The position numbers and the translations under genes were made by a program. The notes under the pieces were generated by a model that searched no databases, was not told where the DNA came from, and saw nothing but the letters and a program-made list of their open reading frames with translations. This document shows positions 17,229-26,006 of a stretch of DNA of 27,267 nt, piece by piece. Positions within the stretch are counted from its first letter, which is position 1, and every line of letters begins with the position of its first letter. The DNA is from Myxococcota bacterium (GTDB lineage: Bacteria > Myxococcota > XYA12-FULL-58-9 > JABJBS01), in NCBI GenBank assembly GCA_036339465.1, contig JAYZAY010000018.1, positions 1-27,267 on the forward strand. The letters run 5' to 3'.

Positions 17229-17750
17229 ATGACCCCTTCGAAAGCTCAGATCGTCAATGAGATCTTGAATACAGGCATGGTGCAACTAATCTTGGACTCA
17301 CGCCATGAGGAAGTTGATGTCCCGGCGCATCTAAAGGGGCAATATGACCTACGGCTCAATTTATCCGGTCGTTTTGGGTTGCCCTTAGCGGTGACCGAAA
17401 CCGGCATAGAGGCCACCCTAACGTTCCAGGGCGACCTCCATGATTGCGTCCTCCCCTGGAGCGCGATTTATGTCATTATCTCCCACGAGTCTGACCATCC
17501 TTATTTATTCCCACAGGATTTGCCACCCGAGGTTTTGGAGCAACCCCAAAACAGCATCACAACGATACCCACTGAAACGGGCAAGACCGATGGAAACGAC
17601 TCACGAGAACCTACTCGAAAACACCTTCGGCTCGTCGGTGAGGCCAAACAAAAACCGACGCCCGTAGTGGGTAAAGAACCAGATCCACAGGATGACCCGC
17701 CACCGGATTCCCCGGATACACCGCGGGGCCATCTTCGCGTCATCAAATAA
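17229..17750 (+). CDS. sspB: ClpXP protease specificity-enhancing factor, SspB-like (myxobacterial type)
   Basis: ATG 17229 with AGAGG RBS. VDVPAHL...LRLNLS...GIEATLTFQG...VLPWSAIYVI; disordered tail ending in a ClpX-binding-like RGHLRVIK. Confidence 0.8.
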   Translation: MTPSKAQIVNEILNTGMVQLILDSRHEEVDVPAHLKGQYDLRLNLSGRFGLPLAVTETGIEATLTFQGDLHDCVLPWSAIYVIISHESDHPYLFPQDLPPEVLEQPQNSITTIPTETGKTDGNDSREPTRKHLRLVGEAKQKPTPVVGKEPDPQDDPPPDSPDTPRGHLRVIK

Positions 17751-17764
17751 TCCTGATTCCACGG

Positions 17765-18790
17765 ATGTTACTAATGTCTAGCGGTTCCAATGAATCCCAA
17801 GCAGAATCCCAAGAATGGTGGTGGCAGGCCACGCTCCAAGTACCCGATTCCTTGGCTGATGATTTCGCGGGAATGCTCTTTGAATTCGGTGCAGAAGGTG
17901 TAGAACTCCAAGACGACCCAAAGAAACTCCCCACTTTTCCCACTTCCACTAAGCGCCCAAGAGCCGCCCAAGCCATCCCCAGTCCTGTCTGCGGAACGAC
18001 CCACCTCATTGCTCATTTCCCAGCGGATTATCAACTCGAATCCATCCAGTCTGCCATAGCTCAGACCCTCGCTCTCTTCCAGCCCGCCCCAATCGTCGAA
18101 GTCATCAATATCCTTGCGCGTAGGGATCAGACATGGCGAGAAACCTGGAAGCAGTTCTTCAAGCCGCTCCAAATCACGCCCAGCCTATGGGTCCTTCCAC
18201 CTTGGGAGCAACGACCTGCCGATACCACCGCCCAGCTGATTCTGATCGATCCCGGCATGGCTTTTGGCACCGGCCAACATGAAACCACGCAACTCGTGCT
18301 CTCCACCCTTTGGCAATACCTTCCCCAAGACCAACAACGAAACACCCATAAAAACCTTTTGGACGTGGGTTGTGGCTCGGGGATTTTGGCCATTGCCAGC
18401 GCCATGAAGGGAATCGGGGCCGTGGAGGCCATAGACATTGATCCCGAATCCATCGCAGCCACACTCACCAACGCCGCCATCAACCACATCGCCCACAAGA
18501 TCCATGTGAGTACGACGCCCGTGGGAGATATCACCACCCGTTTTGATTGGGTGGTGGCAAACATCATCGCTCCCACCCTGATCCAACTCGCACCAGACAT
18601 CGTAGCGCGTATCAAGCCAGGCGGACACCTCCTGTTAAGTGGCCTCCTTACAGAACAGGCCGCAGAGGTTGAAGAAGTGTATCGTAAGGCGGTAGAAGCG
18701 AAACTGGGATCTTGTCCCACCCCCATAAGAACCCCCCTTGGGCAATGGCAGAGCCTCTATTACTCTTTCTCCTCCGGCCCAGAAAGCTGA
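17765..18790 (+). CDS. prmA: 50S ribosomal protein L11 methyltransferase PrmA
   Basis: WRETWKQFFKP, IDPGMAFGTGQHETT, LDVGCGSGILAI, AIDID, VVANI, LLLSGLL. Confidence 0.96.
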   Translation: MLLMSSGSNESQAESQEWWWQATLQVPDSLADDFAGMLFEFGAEGVELQDDPKKLPTFPTSTKRPRAAQAIPSPVCGTTHLIAHFPADYQLESIQSAIAQTLALFQPAPIVEVINILARRDQTWRETWKQFFKPLQITPSLWVLPPWEQRPADTTAQLILIDPGMAFGTGQHETTQLVLSTLWQYLPQDQQRNTHKNLLDVGCGSGILAIASAMKGIGAVEAIDIDPESIAATLTNAAINHIAHKIHVSTTPVGDITTRFDWVVANIIAPTLIQLAPDIVARIKPGGHLLLSGLLTEQAAEVEEVYRKAVEAKLGSCPTPIRTPLGQWQSLYYSFSSGPES

Positions 18791-19152
18791 GACTCATTTA
18801 CGTCCAAGCGCCCCCGTCTTCGGCGTCTCTGTTTTTGCTTTCGAATCTTTTCAGCCTTTGACTCTTTTTGGCTTTTCAAGCCCAGGATTTCCGCCTTGAA
18901 TTTATCTATAAGCAATCGTCGTGCAAAAAAGCGATTGTCAATTTGCGATCGGGCCTTATCACAAAAAACCTCAATACCTGTGGGAATGTGGCGCAAGCTC
19001 ACGGCCGAGGATGACTTGTTGATTTTCTGGCCACCTGCCCCCCGCCCTCGAACAAATTTTTCTCGTAGGTCGCTTTCTTTAATTCCTAATTTAACCATCT
19101 CCGAAGCAAGGCCACGTTTCTTTGCCTCACCCACATGCTTATCGCCACCCAT
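18760..19152 (-). CDS. Short codon-independent peptidyl-tRNA hydrolase (RF-1 GGQ domain; ArfB/C12orf65-mtRF-R-like)
   Basis: EKFVRGRGAGGQKINKSSSAVSLRHIPTGIEVFCDKARSQIDNR plus a basic C-tail KIRKQKQRRRRR; no codon-recognition domains. ATG 19152 is best spaced to the GAGGG RBS (alternative 19158). Overlaps the prmA 3' end by 31 bp. Confidence 0.9.
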   Translation of the reverse strand: MGGDKHVGEAKKRGLASEMVKLGIKESDLREKFVRGRGAGGQKINKSSSAVSLRHIPTGIEVFCDKARSQIDNRFFARRLLIDKFKAEILGLKSQKESKAEKIRKQKQRRRRRGRLDVNESQLSGPEEKE

Positions 19153-19276
19153 GTTCATCCCTCAAAAATTCGACCCCAAAAAATCACCCCGAGCGACTCT
19201 ACACATGCCCGCAAAAAAGATTGAAACCCCAACCGGATTAACCTCAAGTTCACAAGCCCAAGGTCGATGTGTTTAA

Positions 19277-19290
19277 GCGGCGCAAGCCGC
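19277..19290. terminator. Small GC hairpin between the CPBP gene and the GGQ-factor gene
   Basis: gcggc-gcaa-gccgc, 5-bp stem; only a weak T tail on the minus strand. Confidence 0.25.
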
Positions 19291-19344
19291 ACAGACCAGA
19301 CACACCTAATCACTCCCCTAGATACCACCAGTCATATCTTCGGC

Positions 19345-20256
19345 TCAGTCCGGAGATATGATTGGGGTGGATTCTGCCCTTCGGTCCCCTAGGCATAACC
19401 AGAGAACAACCAAACTCCCCCCCACCACCACCAACGCCAACAAACCAGTGGTGAGGTCACGCCCTATCCAAAAAGTGGGCTCTCCTTTTCTAAGGGTCGC
19501 TAGCGTCAGCATCCTCAAAACCCAAACCCAACCGCAGTGTAATCCAATGGCTACCGCTAGGGACCTCGTCTTTAAAGTCACCCAACCGAGGGTAAACCCC
19601 ACCAGTGTGAGGGTCAGAAATTTTCCCACCACCAAATTTGGCTCGAGAAACTGCCAAAAAAGTTCTGGGATCAAACGAAAACCAGACCATAAATCAACTT
19701 CCGAATTATTGTAATGGCTATGGGAAGGGTGTTTGCCCACAAAATGAAGGAGCGCAAAAACCAAAGAGAGGCCGGCCAACGTTTTCCGCTCCGGCCAAAC
19801 CCGCAAAAAAGCCGCCATCAAGACACCCCTAAATAAGAACTCTTCGATCAGCGCCACAGCAACTGCCGTGCCCGTGGCCATCAAAAACCACATTTCTTTG
19901 AAATAGGGCTTCGCCTCCACCGCGCCAATCCAATACACCACCCCAGCGGCCAACCCCATGCTTCCAAAGCCAACCCCAAGCCCCAATGCCAAATCCCGGA
20001 GCCAGTGCGCATTTGGCGCCAAATGCATTCGTTTCCAATCTGAAATCCCTATGGAACGCAAAAATGGAATGGCCCCCACCAACGCCACAAACATCGCCAC
20101 TCGGTTGTAATATTGGGGAAACTTGAATTTCCGAAGCACGTCCCACAACGCCTCAGGCAGACCCTGACTGGCGAGAAGGTAGAGGGGCGGCGACAAAACG
20201 GCCGCGATTAAGAGGATACCACCGACATAAACCCCCAATCGACCAACAACAGGCAA
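19345..20256 (-). CDS. CPBP (Abi/CAAX-like) intramembrane glutamic endopeptidase
   Basis: Multi-TM protein with EEFLFRG, FALLH and AIGLHCGW motifs; AGGAG RBS before the TTG start. Confidence 0.92.
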   Translation of the reverse strand: MPVVGRLGVYVGGILLIAAVLSPPLYLLASQGLPEALWDVLRKFKFPQYYNRVAMFVALVGAIPFLRSIGISDWKRMHLAPNAHWLRDLALGLGVGFGSMGLAAGVVYWIGAVEAKPYFKEMWFLMATGTAVAVALIEEFLFRGVLMAAFLRVWPERKTLAGLSLVFALLHFVGKHPSHSHYNNSEVDLWSGFRLIPELFWQFLEPNLVVGKFLTLTLVGFTLGWVTLKTRSLAVAIGLHCGWVWVLRMLTLATLRKGEPTFWIGRDLTTGLLALVVVGGSLVVLWLCLGDRRAESTPIISPD

Positions 20257-20390
20257 AAAAAGCTCCTTTTATTCTAGCTGGGCAACCTACCCGGCCTAAC
20301 GGTGCTTAATCCTGCTCTCGTTCCCTGTCAACAAGACAGCTTTGGACCTTTTAAATCTGGTCCCAAGTCTGCTATTGCCAACTCCGCCAC

Positions 20391-21716
20391 ATGAACGCTC
20401 CTCCAAAACACGAGACCATCACCTCTCCCATTCGCGGCCTCGCCAACTTCATCTGGGGGCTCCTCAGCTATTTGGCCATGACACTCGTTATCCCAATCCT
20501 CTGGCTGACACCAAAAACCAAAGAAGGCCTTGCGCAGCGCCTAGGGCTTAAACCGCCCCCCATACCCAAAAAACAGGCGCCCCGAATTTGGCTGCATGGT
20601 GCCTCAGCAGGCGATATACAGGCCCTTTTACCCACCGCCCTCGAACTTAAGACACAGATACCTGAAGTATCTCTGGTGGGCTCGGCCATCACCAAGACAG
20701 GTTTCGACAAACTTCAAGCATCACCGGACCTATTTGACAGCGCATTCTATTTACCCCTCGACATCCCCTTCGCCGTGCTGCGGATTATCCGTCGAGTTCA
20801 ACCTGATGCCCTAGTCTTAGAATCCCCTGAACTTTGGCCTACTTTGGTCCGACTCAGCCACGAAAACTCCGTACGAACCTACCTCCACAATGGCCGCATC
20901 AAAACCGAAAAGATACAATCCTACCGTAAGCTCTTCTGGCTGACCGGCAACCTCTTTTGCTATTATCACCGCTTTCTCATGCGAAGCCCAAGTGATGCCG
21001 ACAATCTAAGGGCAGTAGGGGCCACAAACGGAGCCGTGCACATCACCGGAAACACCAAATTCTGTCCCCTAGCAGAGATCCCTCCAGCATCCACCCGAGC
21101 ACAACTCAACATCCAAAACGACACCATAATCCTCATCGGCGGAAGCACCCACCAAAAAGATGAAGAGATTCTCTTGGATGCATTCTTGCAACTAAGCCCA
21201 AGTTTTCCCCAACTCCACCTAATTTTAGCACCTCGTTACCTCCATAGAATCACCGAAACCCAAGAGAATTGCGAAAAACGACAACTCCCATTCCGAGTCG
21301 TTGCCTCAGAGCAATCCCCATCCGAACCTAAAACCAAAATAACCATTGTAAACACCATGGGAACGTTGTTGAGCTACTATTCAATCAGCGACATCGCATT
21401 TGTGGGCGGTAGTTTCGAACCCCGAGGCGGGCACAACCCAAGCGAACCCGCCCTCTATGGCATACCCACTCTCTGTGGACCGGACATGCGAAATAATTTG
21501 GACATGATCTCCAGCCTCAAAAACGTTGGACTCAAGCAAGTTTCATCCAAATCCGAACTTCTAGAAACCCTGCGACTTTGGCTCGCTTCGCCCGAGCTCA
21601 GAAAAAAAGTCGGGCTAGCAGGTCGAAAAATCGTGGAATTAGGACATCAAACTGCGGCACACAACGCAAACCTTATCGCCACAGACCTACTCCAAGATCA
21701 ATCTCGCGTTGGGTAG
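20391..21716 (+). CDS. waaA: 3-deoxy-D-manno-octulosonic acid (Kdo) transferase
   Basis: IWLHGASAGD, YLPLD, ESPELWP, TGNTKF, GGSTHQKDE, ILAPRY, AFVGGSFEPRGGHNPSEPA. Confidence 0.93.
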   Translation: MNAPPKHETITSPIRGLANFIWGLLSYLAMTLVIPILWLTPKTKEGLAQRLGLKPPPIPKKQAPRIWLHGASAGDIQALLPTALELKTQIPEVSLVGSAITKTGFDKLQASPDLFDSAFYLPLDIPFAVLRIIRRVQPDALVLESPELWPTLVRLSHENSVRTYLHNGRIKTEKIQSYRKLFWLTGNLFCYYHRFLMRSPSDADNLRAVGATNGAVHITGNTKFCPLAEIPPASTRAQLNIQNDTIILIGGSTHQKDEEILLDAFLQLSPSFPQLHLILAPRYLHRITETQENCEKRQLPFRVVASEQSPSEPKTKITIVNTMGTLLSYYSISDIAFVGGSFEPRGGHNPSEPALYGIPTLCGPDMRNNLDMISSLKNVGLKQVSSKSELLETLRLWLASPELRKKVGLAGRKIVELGHQTAAHNANLIATDLLQDQSRVG

Positions 21717-21719
21717 CCT

Positions 21720-22845
21720 GGAAACCCTACAACCCCTGAAAGCGGGCCGGGCTGTACCAAACAGAAACCATCATCAAAAACAATTAAGACGTTCTTATCC
21801 TTCTGGATATTTTGGGGTCGACTTTGTGGTAACTCGAAGCATTCGCCCCCCTAATACCTTCTCCCTAACAACCGTTACCTACTGCCCTATGGTAAAAAGG
21901 CCCCATTTCACTTCTTCGAACCCCAGAAGAGAATCGCACAATTAGATTCTCAAGATTTGGCGATTCCACAAAAGGCTGTTCGCGGTAACACCATTGTTTG
22001 TCATCAAATAGGACCCAAGCCCCATCAATCCAATGAGCTTTTTGAATTTGAATTCACGATATTCTAGGACACTGATTCCCCCTACAACACTCCCAAAAAA
22101 CAGAAAAGACGGCCAACCAACCACGAGGTCATAACATGCATTCAACCCCAATTGGGACCGACCTCAAATTCAAGGCATGTCGATTGGGTATGTCGCAACC
22201 GATAGCTTCTCCCGTGTCCTCCTAAAAGCACTCCCCCAAAATATCCTCATCGATTATCTCACCCCCATAGGGATTTTCGGTGACCAAAAGATTAAAATCC
22301 TCAGTTCCTATTAGGATGTTCCATATATCCAAAAGAAGCCCCCCAATTAAAACCTGAAACCCGCGGAAGTGCATTGAGTATCACCCGGATACCCCTGTGA
22401 AGTGATCCGACCACTTACCACTTTCCCGTAGCCTCCATTCTCATCCCGCAACCCCGACGCAACCTTCGCCTTACCCATGGAATAGCTCGCACCAATCCCA
22501 CCAAGTGCCCCTAAAGTCTCGCGCCAGGCCCCCTTGAACCCCACCACCATGAAATCCCCCGGAAACCCTTGTGGGCTAAGCACAAAATGCTTCTTCCAAA
22601 AACCCGCAGGGAAATTTTCAAGACTTCGTTGCACGACGTCAACACTCAAAATCCTTCCACCCACACGATCAAATCCCAAACCTCCAAACTCGGCCTGCAA
22701 AACCTTTTCCGCCACTTCTATCCCACAAACACGTATCAAAAGCGCTCCAACACTCGCTTCCGACCCATCGTTAGGGTTGGCGTTGAGACAGAAAATAGCT
22801 CCCCCTGCTAGCCCCCAACAAGCATGCGACATAACGTAACCGCAT
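21720..22845 (-). pseudogene. Probably decayed gene region (161-aa ORF 22347-22832 plus interrupted downstream frames)
   Basis: About 1.1 kb with no full-length ORF in an otherwise gene-dense window. One minus-strand frame runs from about 22370 to 21785 with only a few in-frame stops. No secure family assignment. Confidence 0.35.
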
Positions 22846-22911
22846 TGTGCGTTACCTGAAAAGATTCGACGGTGATTTCTATAAACCGATGAAACTCAGC
22901 GCCAACACCTA

Positions 22912-22940
22912 TTGACCCTAATCACGCCCCTACTTATGAA
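22912..22940 (+). promoter_or_regulatory. Candidate sigma70 promoter for the dUTPase gene
   Basis: TTGACC-N17-TATGAA ending 41 bp before the ATG; the -10 element lacks the final T. Confidence 0.3.
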
Positions 22941-22981
22941 AGACCGACAAAAGCAGGAAATCCGCACCAGGGAGGAAAACC

Positions 22982-23593
22982 ATGATCCGCCAACTAGAAC
23001 ACATGCTCGAGCTACAAAACTCCATCAACCAAAAAGTACATCCCCACTGGGAGGACCAGGGCTTCGAATGGTTTCGAGCCGTATGGATTGAAGCCGCGGA
23101 AATGATGGACCATTGGGGATGGAAATGGTGGAAAAAGCAAGACCCCCAGCTAGCTCAAGTCCACCTCGAATTGATCGACATTTGGCACTTCGGCCTAAGC
23201 CTGCTCATCCAGGAAAACGGCATTTCCAAAACCACAGTCGAGCGGGTTGAGACAGAGCTTCGCCAATCCGCAGACTCCATGCCATTCCTTGAAGCAGTCG
23301 AAAACTTCGCCCGCCTGACCCTGGAAACCAAATCTTTTCCTCTCCAATCCTTCGTGACACTGATGGAAGCATCCAAGCTCTCGTTTGATGACCTCTATTG
23401 TGGCTACGTAGGAAAAAATGTGCTGAATTTCTTTCGACAAGATCACGGATATAAGACCGGCACCTATCAGAAACTCTGGAACGGCCGAGAAGACAACGAA
23501 CATCTTGCTGAGATTATCGCCGCCCTCGATGTCAACGCCCTTGATTTTCAAACCCTCCTCTATCAGGAGCTAAAAAATAGGTATTCGGCATGA
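22982..23593 (+). CDS. dut: Dimeric (all-alpha) dUTP diphosphatase
   Basis: GGAGG RBS; MLELQNSIN, EAAEMMDHWGWKWWK, ELIDIWHF, YVGKNVLNFFRQDHGYKTGTYQKLWNGREDNEHL (dUTPase_2 family motifs). Confidence 0.94.
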   Translation: MIRQLEHMLELQNSINQKVHPHWEDQGFEWFRAVWIEAAEMMDHWGWKWWKKQDPQLAQVHLELIDIWHFGLSLLIQENGISKTTVERVETELRQSADSMPFLEAVENFARLTLETKSFPLQSFVTLMEASKLSFDDLYCGYVGKNVLNFFRQDHGYKTGTYQKLWNGREDNEHLAEIIAALDVNALDFQTLLYQELKNRYSA

Positions 23594-23744
23594 AACTTTA
23601 ACACGATGCTCCATCGGAAAACCCACGAGTAAAGTGTGTTTTTAATCACGAAAATGGTTGCCGTCTCTTTGCTACAGAAGCTTCTAGTTGTTAGTATCGT
23701 GATGTAGAGAACGAGTTACTTTCTATCCGTGGGTTTCGTTTGGC

Positions 23745-25958
23745 ATGGACTTGAAAATTCATTCTATCTATCCAGGTGTCGCCTTGGTTGTGGCTGGCGA
23801 TCAGTCTGCTCTCTTCGGCGCCCCCGCCGCGGCTTTCAAGGCGACGAAATCTTATTGTAAGCAGCACGACATCCCATTTCCGAAAGCCCTCGTGGCCCCC
23901 AAGCAACTGCTTTCGAATCATACGTCCCAATATACCCCAGAATTTTTCGTATACGATTTTCTCTTCGTCTATGGTGCCGCTTTCCGGCCTGAGCTCGCAA
24001 AGGACCGATTGAACCTAGTGTTGGGTCAAAAGCAGGCTGCTGCCTCTCTAGATGCATTACGTATGACATTAACCGGGCCAACCCTCGAAGAGATGCTTGG
24101 ATATCGCGACGAAGACGGAACAAAGTCAATTCCCGAAAAAGACGCCCGATTCCTGGCCACCATCAGTGATTATCTGGCCATCAAGGATGGCAACAAAATC
24201 CGTCATGTCGACACTATCGTGGAGCCACTCTTATTTGATGAGGCGGAAGAAATAACAATTTTCTCCGGTGAACTCCGTATACACAGAAGCGGTGCGACAA
24301 GCTTCGAGTTAGGCTATCGCGGTGAGAATTACGACATAGACCTCCGCCTCCCCAAGGACGTCACTCCCTTCTCTCTCCTCCCCCCTGCCAGCTACCCACA
24401 GCACCCCCATACACTTGCTCTCAAAGCCATTGGTGTCCGAAGTGGATTTGACTTGTCTGGACCCTGTACCGGTTTTCTAATTTGGATCAACGGCAAGATG
24501 GTCACGTACGATGGCCCCGACGGCATGCGTTACCTACTAGGGCAACAGGGTCTCACCCTCGACGACATCGACTCAGTGATTCTCAGCCACTGTCACGAAG
24601 ACCATTTCGGTGCCTTCATCGAACTTATTGGGTCGGGCCGTCGCCCCAGAGTCTTTACCTCAGAACCCATTTATCGCTCCGCCCTCGTAAAACTCTCAGC
24701 TACCTTTGATAAACCGAAAGAGGAGGTGGCCAAATACTTTGATTACCACCGCGTTGAACATAATCAGACGGTCAATGTCCTGGGTGCGGAACTAACCTTC
24801 TTCTACACGCTACACTCGATTCCCACTTTAGGGCTAAAGGTCTCCATGCGAGACGAAACCAATCAAAAGCATACCATTGTGATCTCCGGTGATACTCTAG
24901 ACCGCGAAAGCATCGACAAACTAGCCTCGGAAGATATTATTCCAAATGATTACATCAATGGGATGAAGCATTTAATACCAGAAGAGAAAGTGGAACGAAC
25001 ACTTTTTCTTCACGACGTGGGTGAAGCGATTATTCACGGGCACCCAAAAGACCATGCCAGCAATCCCAACCAAGTGGTCTATTACCATTGTCCGGATAAC
25101 GAATATACACGCTCATTCGGTAAGGAAATCGCACAACCCGGGCGAACCTTCGTTATGCTCGAACCCCGAAAAGTTCACCCAATTGTACCGCAACGCGTAA
25201 TCACCGCACTCAATCACCTACACCCGGTGGAATCTCAGTGGCTCTCTCCACTACTCTTCGCAGGCAGGATGAGACATGTTAACCGCGGTTACCAAATTAA
25301 AAATGCAGAAGCGCACTTATTTACAGTCATTATCGGTGGCACCGCACACATTTCGGTCCCAGAAGGCCTGTGCAACGACCTCATCGGGCCAGGGAACTCA
25401 TTCGGCCAAGAATCGATGCTACCCTCTCTAACGGAGCATTATGATTTGACGGCACAAACCCCTATGGAGATTTTCGAAATCCCCACAGAAGTTCTTCGAG
25501 ACGAGATATTGCGCTATAAATTGGAACCTCGAATAACGAGACTTCGAAGCCATAGGGACATCTTATCCCAAACTCTTTTGGGTGAAATATTGCAACCATT
25601 TGAGCTTAATCAATTGGCCGATGTCCTTCGGAGCCAAACCCTCTCTAGCGGTGACTCATGGAGTTTCCCAATTCAGGATCCAGCTCATTTATTCGTAATC
25701 GAGTCGGGCAATTGCGAAATTACCACAAACGAGGATTTTTCCTTTCAACTCGGCCCCACTACCACCGACCTAAGACCCATCATTCCCACGGGCCATTTTA
25801 TTTTCGGTAGTCAACCGGTCATCAAACTTCAATCGTCGACGCCCACCCTCTTCTGGGTCCTCAAAGGTGATCTGCTGGATACAATCTGCCTGCAAAACCT
25901 GGAGTTAAAGCTCCAACTAACCTCAGCCATTGAACAGCTAGCACACCCCAAAAACTAA
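23745..25958 (+). CDS. Metallo-beta-lactamase-fold hydrolase with C-terminal cyclic-nucleotide-binding-like domains; putative cNMP phosphodiesterase
   Basis: 737 aa; SHCHEDH (24588-24605), LHSIPT, ISGDT, IIHG metal ligands; cNMP-like segments VIIGGTAHI...PGNSFGQES and HLFVIESGNCEI. Confidence 0.82.
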   Translation: MDLKIHSIYPGVALVVAGDQSALFGAPAAAFKATKSYCKQHDIPFPKALVAPKQLLSNHTSQYTPEFFVYDFLFVYGAAFRPELAKDRLNLVLGQKQAAASLDALRMTLTGPTLEEMLGYRDEDGTKSIPEKDARFLATISDYLAIKDGNKIRHVDTIVEPLLFDEAEEITIFSGELRIHRSGATSFELGYRGENYDIDLRLPKDVTPFSLLPPASYPQHPHTLALKAIGVRSGFDLSGPCTGFLIWINGKMVTYDGPDGMRYLLGQQGLTLDDIDSVILSHCHEDHFGAFIELIGSGRRPRVFTSEPIYRSALVKLSATFDKPKEEVAKYFDYHRVEHNQTVNVLGAELTFFYTLHSIPTLGLKVSMRDETNQKHTIVISGDTLDRESIDKLASEDIIPNDYINGMKHLIPEEKVERTLFLHDVGEAIIHGHPKDHASNPNQVVYYHCPDNEYTRSFGKEIAQPGRTFVMLEPRKVHPIVPQRVITALNHLHPVESQWLSPLLFAGRMRHVNRGYQIKNAEAHLFTVIIGGTAHISVPEGLCNDLIGPGNSFGQESMLPSLTEHYDLTAQTPMEIFEIPTEVLRDEILRYKLEPRITRLRSHRDILSQTLLGEILQPFELNQLADVLRSQTLSSGDSWSFPIQDPAHLFVIESGNCEITTNEDFSFQLGPTTTDLRPIIPTGHFIFGSQPVIKLQSSTPTLFWVLKGDLLDTICLQNLELKLQLTSAIEQLAHPKN

Positions 25959-26006
25959 CTCCCTCCTAGGCATCGCCGAAACAAACAACCTTCAGAAGGA
26001 GCGTGA

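Noticed and set aside
17771..18726. Minus-strand ORFs inside prmA (199, 147 and 133 aa)
   Set aside because: Antisense shadows of a clear prmA.
21709..22350. lpxK after waaA, or LptG-like or trypsin-like identity for the decayed region
   Set aside because: No LpxK P-loop found in the frames translated. The short resemblances (AHWIDGAWVLFD; RITSQGYPGD) lack the other family motifs and conflict with each other.
22982..25958. dUTPase + MBL hydrolase as an anti-phage system or prophage remnant
   Set aside because: No cyclase, effector, integrase or phage gene nearby; the genes are 151 bp apart and there is no evidence of a functional pair.
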